This document shows positions 1-10,776 of a stretch of 64,000 nt of DNA, one piece after another. Source of the DNA: Eledone cirrhosa (Eukaryota); the NCBI GenBank assembly GCA_964016885.1, contig OZ024761.1, positions 20,274,001 to 20,338,000 of the forward strand, read 5' to 3'. Both the position numbers and the translations under genes were made by a program. The notes beneath the pieces are model-generated. The model was not told the DNA's origin, did no database searches, and saw only the letters and a program-made list of their open reading frames with translations. Every line of letters starts with the position of its first letter. Position 1 is the stretch's first letter.

Positions 1-1
1 A

Positions 2-181
2 ACCCCCTCTCCACATAGTCTCTTGAATACAACAAACATCAACTTCTTTACGTTCAAGCATCTCTACAACCTCATTTGAGCGACCTTTCAATGTGCTTAC
101 GTTCATGTCACCAACTCTGAAGTTGGGAGGGTGGGTTAGAGGCACAGGGAGGGGTGCGGGAGACGGATTTATGTTGGTCAT
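2..181 (-). mobile_element. RTE-like LINE, N-terminus of the AP-endonuclease domain (runs off the window edge)
   Basis: Manual minus-strand translation from ATG at 181: MTNINPSPAPLPVPLTHPPNFRVGDMNVSTLKGRSNEVVEMLERKEVDVCCIQETMWRGG. This matches the APE motifs (G-x-x-NV...D-x-x-CIQET-x-W-RG) of RTE-type LINEs. Confidence 0.8.
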
Positions 182-403
182 TCATGTCTGAAATAGAGAG
201 GGGTCCTCGTATTCTCGTCCTGCAGCGGGAGGTGAATTTATCTTTATCTGTGACATTGTCATTGAGTGTTTAGATTTTCCAAATCTCCGCAGTCAACCCA
301 TCAAACAGGTCTAAACTTAAGGAGTAGTAACCGGGGTGGTAGCTTTGCTATACCGATTTGTTAGGGAACTTACTAAAGCCGCTGAGTTATGATTGGACCA
401 TAT

Positions 404-500
404 AGCAATGGTGGTGTGTGGGGGTGGGAGGGCTAACAACGGTGGTGTGTGGGGGTGGGAGGGCGAGCAATGGTGGTGTGTAGGGGTGGGGGGCGCGGGA
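404..500. repeat. ~31-bp G-rich minisatellite, 3 copies
   Basis: Repeats of caatggtggtgtgtgggggtgggagggc. Confidence 0.7.
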
Positions 501-517
501 AATGGGTAACTTTAGGA

Positions 518-1050
518 GAAGGTTAGTTTTTAGGAAGGGTCCAACAGAATGAGACAAATTATTAAAAACATGTAAAAGTAAAATATTAATTGAAAATCCT
601 AGAGCAACAAACGGGGAATTTGAATTTTAGACTGGCATAACTAGGAGTTTAAAACACTGCTCATTGGGAAGACTACAGATAATAGAAAGACAAATAATTT
701 GCTTATGTTCTCAAAATCAACAGATCGCCTGTAAGATAATTTAGATAAATTCTGTCCTTGGGAACCAGTAAGATTTATTTTATACTTGCAATCGCGGGGG
801 GGGGGTATGAGATAAGGAACAAAGTGTTTACAAAGTTAGCGAGTGAGATGCAGGAAGGTTCTAGAATAATTAATTAATAATAATTGTTTCTACTTTTGGC
901 ACAAGGCCAGCAAATACACAGTGCATTACTGGTACTTTATTTTATCGACCCTGTAAGGATGAAAGGCAAAGTTAACCTCGGCGGGATTTGAACTCAGATC
1001 ATAAAGGGACCAAAGCATGGTGTCCGACTCTCTACCGATACTGCTAATCC
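518..1050 (+). repeat. ~0.5-kb segment duplicated at ~3035-3590, partially at 3765-3940, and inverted at ~3940-4140
   Basis: agaaggttagtttttaggaagggtccaacagaatgagacaaattattaaaaacatg... recurs at 3035 and 3879. Its reverse complement (...ggacccttcctaaaaactaaccttct) lies at 3940-4130. Confidence 0.85.
882..1050 (-). mobile_element. tRNA-derived SINE, family A (internally deleted copy)
   Basis: Reverse strand carries B-box gagttcaaatcc, the body gcctttcatcctt..gggtcgataaaataaagtaccag and the tail ggccttgtgccaaaagtagaaac. Confidence 0.85.
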
Positions 1051-3038
1051 AGAAGATAAGTTAGCGAGCGAGATGCAGGAAGGTTCTAGAATAATTAATT
1101 AATAATAATACTAGAAGATAAGTTAGCGAGCGAGATGCAGGAAGGTTCTAGAATAATTACTTAATAATAATACTAGAAGATAAGTTAGCGAGCGAGATGC
1201 AAGAAGGTTCTAGAATAATTAATTAATAATATTACTAGAAGATAAATTACCGAGCGAGATGCAGGAAGGTTGTAGAATAATTAATTAATAATAATACTAG
1301 AAGATAAATTACCGAGCGAGATGCAGGAAGGTTGTAGAATAATTAATTAATAATAATACTAGAAGATAAATTAGCGAGCGAGATGCAGGAAGGTTCTAGA
1401 ATAATTAATTAATAATATTACTAGAAGATAAATTAGCGAGCGAGATGCAGGAAGGTTGTAGAATAATTAATTAATAATAATACTAGAAGATAAATTAGCG
1501 AGCGAGATGCAGGAAGGTTCTAGAATAATTAATTAATAATAATACTAGAAGATAAATTAGCGAGCGAGATGCAGGAAGGTTCTAGAATAATTAATTAATA
1601 ATATTACTAGAAGATAAATTAGCGAGCGAGATGCAGGAAGGTTGTAGAATAATTAATTAATAATAATACTAGAAGATAAATTAGCGAGCGACATGCAGGA
1701 AGGTTCTAGAATAATTAATTAATAATAATACTAGAAGATAAATTAGCGAGCGAGATGCAGGAAGGTTCTAGAATAATTAATTAATAATATTACTAGAAGA
1801 TAAATTAGCGAGCGAGATGCAGGAAGGTTGTAGAATAATTAATTAATAATAATACTAGAAGTTAAATTAGCGAGCGAGATGCAGGAAGGTTGTAGAATAA
1901 TTAATTAATAATAATACTAGAAGATAAATTAGCGAGCGAGATGCAGGAAGGTTGTAGAATAATTAATTAATAATAATACTAGAAGATAAATTAGCGAGCG
2001 AGATGCAGGAAGGTTGTAGAATAATTAATTAATAATATTACTAGAAGATAAATTAGCGAGCGAGATGCAGGAAGGTTCTAGAATAATTAATTAATAATAA
2101 TACTAGAAGATAAATTAGCGAGCGAGATGCAGGAAGGTTGTAGAATAATTAATTAATAATAATACTAGAAGATAAATTAGCGAGCGAGATGCAGGAAGGT
2201 TCTAGAATAATTAATTAATAATATTACTAGAAGATAAATTAGCGAGCGAGATGCAGGAAGGTTGTAGAATAATTAATTAATAATAATACTAGAAGATAAA
2301 TTAGCGAGCGAGATGCAGGAAGGTTCTAGAATAATTAATTAATAATATTACTAGAAGATAAATTAGCGAGCGAGATGCAGGAAGGTTGTAGAATAATTAA
2401 TTAATAATAATACTAGAAGATAAATTAGCGAGCGAGATGCAGGAAGGTTCTAGAATAATTAATTAATAATAATACTAGAAGATAAATTAGCGAGCGAGAT
2501 GCAGGAAGGTTGTAGAATAATTAATTAATAATAATACTAGAAGATAAATTAGCGAGCGAGATGCAGGAAGGTTCTAGAATAATTAATTAATAATAATACT
2601 AGAAGATAAATTAGCGAGCGAGATGCAGGAAGGTTGTAGAATAATTAATTAATAATATTACTAGAAGATAAATTAGCGAGCGACATGCAGGAAGGTTCTA
2701 GAATAATTAATTAATAATATTACTAGAAGATAAATTAGCGAGCGAGATGCAGGAAGGTTGTAGAATAATTAATTAATAATAATACTAGAAGATAAATTAG
2801 CGAGCGAGATGCAGGAAGGTTGTAGAATAATTAATTAATAATAATACTAGAAGATAAATTAGCGAGCGAGATGCAGGAAGGTTGTAGAATAATTAATTAA
2901 TAATAATACTAGAAGATAAGTTAGCGAGCGAGATGCAGGAAGGTTGTAGAATAATTAATTAATAATAATACTAGAAGATAAGTTAGCGAGCGAGATGCAG
3001 GAAGGTTCTAGAATAATTAATTAATAATAATACTAGAA
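1051..3038. repeat. 62-bp tandem array, ~32 highly homogeneous copies
   Basis: Unit agaagataaattagcgagcgagatgcaggaaggtt(c/g)tagaataattaattaataat(a/t)atact; copies start at 1051, 1113 and so on. Confidence 0.97.
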
Positions 3039-3404
3039 GGTTAGTTTTTAGGAAGGGTCCAACAGAATGAGACAAATTATTAAAAACATGTAAAAGTAAA
3101 ATATTAATTGAAAATCCTAGAGCAACAAACGGGGAATTTGAACTTTAGACTGGCATAACTAGGAGTTTAAAACACTGCTCATTGGGAAGACTACAGATAA
3201 TAGAAAGACAAATAATTTGCTTACGTTCTCAAAATCAACAGATCGCCTGTAAGATAATTTAGATAAATTCTGTCCTTGGGAACCAGTAAGATTTATTTTA
3301 TACTTGTGATCAGGGGGGGGGGGGGTATTATGAGGGAAGGAGCAAAGTGTTTACAAAGTTAGCGAGTGAGATTCAGGAAGGTTCTAGAATAATTAATTAA
3401 TAAT

Positions 3405-3590
3405 AATTGTTTCTACTTTTGGCACAAGGCCACCAAATACACAGTGCATTACTGGTACTTTATTTTATCGACCCTGTAAGGATGAAAGGCAAAGTTAACC
3501 TTGGCGGGATTTGAACTCAGAATGGTAAGTGCTGTAACTATGCGTCAAAGCATGGCGTCCGACCCTCTACCGATACTGCCAATCCTGCCT
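3405..3590 (-). mobile_element. tRNA-derived SINE, family A
   Basis: Same sequence family as 8334-8521, with A/B boxes on the minus strand. Confidence 0.85.
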
Positions 3591-4141
3591 TTAATTAATT
3601 AATTAATAATAATACTAGAAGATACGTTAGCGAGCGAGATGCAGGAAGGTTCTAGAATAATTAATTAATAATTGTTTCTACTATTGGCACAAGGCCAACA
3701 ATTATCCAGTACATTACTGGTTCTTTATTTTATCGACCCCGTAAGGATGAAAGGCAAAGTTTTATTTTATACTTGCGATCGGGGGGGGGGGGGGTGTATG
3801 AGAGAAGGAGCAAAGTGTTTTCAAAGTTAGCGAGCGAGATGCAGGAAGGTTCTAGAATAATTAATTAATAATAATACTAGAAGGTTTGTTTTTAGGAAGG
3901 GTCCAAAAGAATGAGACAAATTATTAAAAACATGTAAAGCAAATTACTTGTCTTTCTATTATCTGTAGTCTTCCCAATGAGCAGTGTTTTAAACTCCTAG
4001 TTATGCCAGTCTAAAATTCAAATTCCCCGTTTGTTTCTCTAGGATTTTCAATTAATATTTAACTTTTACATGTTTTTTAATAATTTGTCTCATTCTGTTG
4101 GACCCTTCCTAAAAACTAACCTTCTAGTATTATTATTAATG

Positions 4142-4193
<52 letters not shown>

Positions 4194-4324
4194 AATTAGT
4201 AGATTGACCAACATATATATACAGTTTCCAATCGGAAACCATGTTTATTCCCTTTCAGAAACTAATTAGTTGGAGTGAAATTTTAGTAACTAAGTAAATT
4301 TTTATAATTTTCTTATTTTACGTC

Positions 4325-4367
<43 letters not shown>

Positions 4368-4368
<1 letters not shown>

Positions 4369-4560
4369 CGAAGGAAATGTGGTAAGGAACCAGGTGGACC
4401 ATAACGCACCAAGGTACTCAATACTTAGGGTAGTAGAGTGGGAAATAGGAACGAGTAGGACCCCGACGGCTGAGCTCAAGCCGTTTCGACGGCTAATTCT
4501 GGACTCCAGAATTAGCCGTCGAAACGGCTTGAGCTCAGCTGTCGGGGTCCTACTCGTTCC

Positions 4561-4563
<3 letters not shown>
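4368..4563. mobile_element. PLE-like non-autonomous element with a 59-bp-arm fold-back palindrome (4445-4563)
   Basis: Arms 4445-4503 and 4505-4563 are reverse complements with 1 mismatch. Each arm contains the hammerhead half cgaaacggcttgagctcagc(c/t)gtc, homologous to 48247-48339. Confidence 0.75.
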
Positions 4564-4593
<30 letters not shown>

Positions 4594-4890
4594 TTATATA
4601 TATATATATTTATATATATATTTATATATATATTTATATATATATATATATTTATATATATATTTTTATATATATATATATTTATATATATATTTATATA
4701 TATATTTATATATATATATATTTATATATATATATTTATATATATATATTTATATATATATATATTTATATTTATATATATTTATATATATATATTTATA
4801 TATATATATTTATATATATATATATTTATATTTATATATATTTATATATATATATATTTATATTTATATATATATATATTTATATATATT

Positions 4891-4923
<33 letters not shown>

Positions 4924-4979
4924 ATAAATAAATATATATATATATATATATTTATTTATATATATATATATATAAATAA

Positions 4980-5013
<34 letters not shown>

Positions 5014-5086
5014 ATAAATAAATATATATATATATATATTTATTTATATATATATATATAAATAAATATATAAATATATATATATT

Positions 5087-5117
<31 letters not shown>

Positions 5118-5130
5118 ATATATATTTATT

Positions 5131-5165
<35 letters not shown>

Positions 5166-5168
5166 ATT

Positions 5169-5210
<42 letters not shown>

Positions 5211-5374
5211 TATATTTATATATATAAATATATATATATAAATATATATTTATATATATGAAATATATATATATAAATATATATATATATAAATATATAT
5301 TTATATATATGAAATATATATATATAAATATATATATATATAAATATATATTTATATATATATAAATATATATT

Positions 5375-5406
<32 letters not shown>

Positions 5407-5447
5407 AATATATATATATAATATAAAATATATATATATATATAAAT

Positions 5448-5482
<35 letters not shown>

Positions 5483-5523
5483 AATATATATATATAATAT
5501 AAAATATATATATATATATAAAT

Positions 5524-5558
<35 letters not shown>

Positions 5559-5563
5559 AATAT

Positions 5564-5780
5564 ATAGGAGTAAGTAAGACCCCGACGGCTGAGCTCAAGC
5601 CGTTTCGACGGCTAATTCTGTCAATTCTCAGAATTCTGTCAATTCTCAGAATTAGCCGTCGAAACGGCTTGAGCTCAGCCGTCGGGGTCTTACTTACCCC
5701 TATTACCCACTCTACTACCCTAAGTATTGAGTACTTTGGTGCGTTATGGTCCACCTGGTTCCTTACCACTTTTCCTTCGC
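5564..5780. mobile_element. Inverted copy of the 4368-4563 element, also palindromic
   Basis: 5641-5780 is the near reverse complement of 4368-4500. The hairpin spacer contains an 18-bp duplication. Confidence 0.75.
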
Positions 5781-5787
5781 TATAAAT

Positions 5788-5890
<103 letters not shown>

Positions 5891-5919
5891 TATATAAAAG
5901 GGGAGAGTTGGCTTTTACC

Positions 5920-6410
5920 TAGTCTAATGTTGGACACTATTCCCAATCTATAGTCGGACACTATTTCCCAATCTAAGGTCGGACACTATTTCCCAATCTA
6001 ATGTCAGACACTATTCCCAATCTAATGTCAGACACTATTCCCAATCTAATGTCAGACACTTTTCCCAATCTAATGTCAGACACTATTCCCAATCTAATGT
6101 CAGACACTATTCCCAATCTAAGGTCAGACATTAATTCTCAATCTAATGTTGGACACTATTTCCCAATCTAATGTCAGACACTATTCCCAATCTAATGTCA
6201 GACACTATTCCCAATCTAAGGTCAGACATTATTTCTCAATCTAATGTTGGACACTATTTCCCAATCTAAGGTCGGACACTATTTCCCAATCTAAGGTCAG
6301 ACACTATTTCCCAATCTAAGGTCAGACACTATTTCCCAATCTAAGGTCGGACACTATTTCCCAATCTAAGGTTGGACACATTTTCTCAACCTAATGTCAG
6401 ACACTTTTTC
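5920..6410. repeat. 24/25-bp minisatellite, ~20 copies
   Basis: Unit ctat(t)tcccaatctaa(t/g)gtc(a/g)gaca. Confidence 0.95.
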
Positions 6411-6884
6411 AACAGATCTCATATACTTAAAAATAAAACCAAAAAACAGAAAAAATGTTACAATTCATAATAAGCCAAGTTGTGTCAAATAAGTAGGCCA
6501 GTATTTCTAAACCCTGCTGTTATATGAAGGACAGTAATTTGATATGAAACTGTTAATGTAATTCAGTCTTCATTCGTTAAAGCTAGATTTATAGGATTAT
6601 TAGCTTGGATTTTTTTGTGGAATTTAAATTTTTTTATTTTTTTTTTTTCAAATTAAAGATTTGATGTTTTCTATGTAAAATGAAATATTTTAGTTTATTT
6701 TTTTATTTTTTATTTTTTTTCTGTGTGAATTAATTTTCGTCAACCATGCTGTATCACTTAGAAAGGCGTCAGTCCAGCAGTGAAATTGCCTTTCACACTT
6801 TCAATGTATGATTATATAAATATGTAATCAAATACAAATATCTCACTTCACTTCACCTACATCAGTAAGGGCAAAAGGCAGGTG

Positions 6885-7026
6885 AAGGCACATGGCTTAG
6901 TGGTTAGAGCATTGGGCTTGCAATCAAAAGGTTGTGAGATCAATTCTTGGACCGGGTGATGTGTGGTTTCCTTGAGCAAGACACTTTATTTCACGTGGCC
7001 CCAGTTTACTCAGCTGTAGAAATGAG
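6885..7026 (+). mobile_element. tRNA-derived SINE, family B, 5' part
   Basis: A-box tggcttagtggttagag, a degenerate B-box, then ccttgagcaagacactttatttcac...actcagctgtagaaatgag. Homologous to the reverse strand of 48885-49190. Confidence 0.75.
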
Positions 7027-7374
7027 ATGATAGGACTGGGGTCCCTATCATTATATTACCCAAGACACCTCCAACGAGATATACTTTGGAGGGGGCCAGC
7101 AAACCTGCATAGGTGTGAGCTGTCACACACACACATAGGTGTGAGCTGTCACACACACACACACGTAGCTGTCACACACACACAAAAGGCAGAAACATAA
7201 CAGAGTTATTTATATACAACTCTGGGATCTTAACCCTTCAGTTACTCTCTGTGTTTTGCAACAAAGTTTGTAGGATCTGCTGTTGGACTCAGGTGGCATA
7301 CGAGAGTACAAGTTACATTCAGAACTATCCTGTATGTATGTATTTATTATGTATGTATGTATTATGTATGTACG

Positions 7375-7873
7375 TATGTTTCTCTTTCTCTTAATTCCGA
7401 GTACATTTTTGACTGGCCACCTTCCTGGTGGCAAGGTTGTAAAAAAAAAAAAATTGTCATCCCTTGAATCGCAAGAATGTTTTGTAAATTTTGAAGGTGC
7501 CAGCTATCGCAGCCATTTGTAGACTATGAATTAGGGAGCTGCGCTCTTTGTCCACAAATCCAAGTTCAGTTATACATTGGTTCAAGCGGGTTGGTACATA
7601 ACCCGTAGCTCCAATAATGATGGGTATGAAGATAAAGGTGTATCTTGGATACTGGATTTGTAAACTCCTCATCAATGGTCCGTAGATATCCTTCTCCTGT
7701 ATATTTCTTACAACGTTTACATCAAGTGGGCAGCTGATCTCTACAACAGAACATGTTTTCAATGTGTGGTCCCAAACAACAATATCAGGCCGGTTGTGCT
7801 TTAATTTGGTGGCAGTTTTTATTTTCAGGTTCCACCAGTATTCCTTAGTGCCATCTGTCTCAACATATTCCTC
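7375..7873 (-). mobile_element. R4/Dong-like (RLE-type) non-LTR retrotransposon, 3' fragment
   Basis: Open frame 7873->7457: ...KEYWWNLKIKTATKLKHNRPDIVVWDHTLKTCSVVEISCPLDVNVVRNIQEK.. carries the restriction-like endonuclease R-PD...E...K motif. The 3' end abuts an (ATAC)n-like tract. Confidence 0.8.
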
Positions 7874-8178
7874 CTAATTTTGTTTTCCTAAGTGCATTCC
7901 AGATGGCACCAGCACTGGGTACTTTTCATTGTGGCACCAGCACTATCACCTTACTGGGTGCTTTTTATACAAATATTCTGCAACAAACTCACCACATGGT
8001 TTCTCTCAATCAATGGCAAAGACCTAGTGAAATATTACCTATCACAACATACTGTGTACATCTATGCTGCAAATGTCACCACACTATGTATATGGTGTCA
8101 TTGACATATGTTTCAGGATTAGAGTGTAGGTTAAAATAATTGAAATAGTTAAATGAATCATAGACTCATAAACACACA

Positions 8179-8212
<34 letters not shown>

Positions 8213-8333
8213 TATGTATATATGTATATGTATAAATATTTATAGGTTAAATTTATCAAACCAATGTGGTACTTCTACACTCATAATTTTAGACACACAG
8301 TTTACTGTGTTTATTTCTACATATATTATTATA

Positions 8334-8521
8334 TAATTGTTTCTACTTTAGGCACAAGGCCAGCAATTACCCAGTGCATTACTGGTACTTTATTTTATCG
8401 ACCCCGTAAGGATGAAAGGCAAAGTCAACCTCGGCGGGATTTGAACTCAGATCGTAAAGGGACGTAACTATGCTGGAAAGCATGGCGTCCGACCCTCTAC
8501 CGATACTGCCAATCCACCGCT
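8334..8521 (-). mobile_element. tRNA-derived SINE, family A, near full length
   Basis: Reverse: gcggtggattggcagtatcggtag (A-box)...gagttcaaatcc (B-box)...gcctttcatccttacggggtcgataaaataaagtaccag...gctggccttgtgcctaaagtagaaac. Resembles described octopus tRNA-derived SINEs. Confidence 0.9.
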
Positions 8522-8671
8522 ATTATATAATGCTCAGTATTTATACTTTAAGCTTGTTAATTGCAGGGTATCAATATGAGTTAGTAACTCTGTATTTTAT
8601 TTGTATGTATAAATATATAGAAGCTGAATTCCCTAACCACAAAGCCATGCACCTTCACATATACATATATA

Positions 8672-8711
<40 letters not shown>

Positions 8712-8754
8712 TGTATAAACATATATATGTATGTACATACCTATATATAAATAC

Positions 8755-9090
8755 ATGATGGCTGTCCCCTCCTTATCGAGTATGGCCATTGCACGATATA
8801 CCATTATTAATAATTATTAATTAATTCTATCGTGCAATGCCTGTGCGGGAAGATATTTTTTAAAGTGAGGAAAGACTGTGCACTGAGCCAATCCCACTCT
8901 CTGAGCGACAGTAGCTATAACCCGAAAAGAAGAAAAGATCAAAATCATCGATAACTACTGAGCCGCAGGTTTTATATCGGAGTTATCTCAGTTTCCTGAG
9001 TTGCCTTCTCCTAGAAGAGTATGGGTCCTTCACTCCCAGTGGTTTAACCGCGCGATCAGGTGTCCAGCCCAAATGTTTCTATGTCCCCGC
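8755..9090. mobile_element. Interspersed repeat, probably a LINE (RTE-like) 5' non-coding remnant
   Basis: Diverged homology to 49290-49670 (atggctg..tcgagta.ggcca; gcaatgcctgtgc; ttatatc.gagtt..ccttctcctagaa). Confidence 0.5.
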
Positions 9091-10136
9091 GCATATACAT
9101 ACACATGCACCCATGTATATACACATACACATATACATACATATGTACATGTGTACATACATATTTACACACTTTTGGATGGCCCTTGACTCCTATGAGT
9201 TCATCCGCCCTTTGTCAGGTTTTGTTTTTTGTCCTGCAGGGTGTCCAAAATCACCTTCCTCACCAAGTAAACTTGGTGGGGTTGCCGGTTTAGTCGCTGA
9301 TGACCCGACCATGCGACAGGTTGTACTGGGTTACATGTTACCAGTAGCATTCAAGAGTGACCCGACATATATATACATATATATCAATATATATACACAC
9401 ATATATACATATATATATACATGTATATCGAGCCTCGGATTTATCCAAGACCGGGTATATCCAAAAAGTGGAACGAAACTACCGGTTGGTAGAGAATTCT
9501 GGTAAAATTTATGTGCATTTTTTCTTCAAACTTCTATTTTGTACCTAATTCCGTATAGTTAACTATTTGTCTAATCAATTTCTACAGGTTAGAAGAAATA
9601 ATTAGATAAGTGTCATATGGCTGTACATCACGGAAAAGTATCTGTATCATTTGTCTATTATTTCTTCATAAGTACATTTTAAACTTATAGCCTCGTTTAA
9701 ATGATTTTTATGTGGTTGATTTATACTGATTGGGAGAAGAAATACTGTATATATTTTATCTAATGATTCTTTGGACTTACACTTTTATACATGTATATAT
9801 ATATATATATAGAGAGAGAGAGGGAGAGAGAGAATAAGTGGTTAACAGAGCAGAGATGTGAGGATCCAACCATGGTCTGTCGGTTGTGAAGCAAATAAAA
9901 ATATACAGGGACCGGCCATCGAAGAAACAATACCATGTGTTGCCACCACCCGCTGTATCATGAAAAGAAAATCTTTTTTTAGGGAAAATATTATATTTCT
10001 CCATATTTAAAGGTTTCTTAGGAACTTTATATATTCATTATTGGTTTTGCCATCAATGAAATATGTATAACGGATTTTTAAATAAACTTGAACAAACTGA
10101 ATATGGCCTCAGATTTTTTTATATACATACATATAA

Positions 10137-10167
<31 letters not shown>

Positions 10168-10209
10168 CGTGCGCGCATGCGTGCATGAGTGTGTGTGTGT
10201 GTGTGTATG

Positions 10210-10776
10210 TCTAAAACAACGCTAAATTGCTATAACAACTCTCTAAATGACTAAAACGACTCTTTAAATGAGTAAAATGACCCCTTACATGGCTAAAACG
10301 ACTCTTTAAATGACAAAACGACTTTTTAAATAAGTAAAGAAGAAGAAAGGATCGATCGACTTTTGTCAAATCGGACTGAGGAAACAATGTTTTCGTCGGT
10401 CTTTCCAGTTGCTAGTACTATCTATCAGTCGCAACTCCAGGTAGAAATAAGTAAAACAACTCTTTAAATGACTAAAACAACAAGTTCAATGCTAAATTGC
10501 TAAAACAACTCTTTAAATGTCTAAAACGACTCTAAATGACTTAAACAACTCTTTAAAATGACTGGAACAACTCTCTAAATGATTAAATGACTCTTTAAAT
10601 GGCTGAAACAACACTTTAAAGGGCTAAAATGACTCTAAATGACTAAAACGACTCTAAACGACAAAAAATATTCTTTAAATGGTTAAAACCATTCTTCAAA
10701 TGACAGAAACGACACATTAACTGACTAAAACAACCCTAATGGACGAAAATCACACTTTAAATGACTAAAACAACAA
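10210..10776. repeat. Diverged left part of the A-tract satellite (aaatgactaaaacgactct)
   Basis: Same ~10/21-bp subunits as 13045-27269, but more degenerate. Confidence 0.85.

Noticed and set aside
1051-3038. CRISPR-like regular repeat
   Set aside because: Head-to-tail identical units with no unique spacers, no cas genes and a eukaryotic context.
8334-8521. tRNA gene
   Set aside because: A/B boxes are present, but there is no proper cloverleaf and a SINE body and tail follow; it is multi-copy in the window.
9297-9340. CTGATGA followed by a weak stem
   Set aside because: No GAAA box follows; it is part of another repeat.
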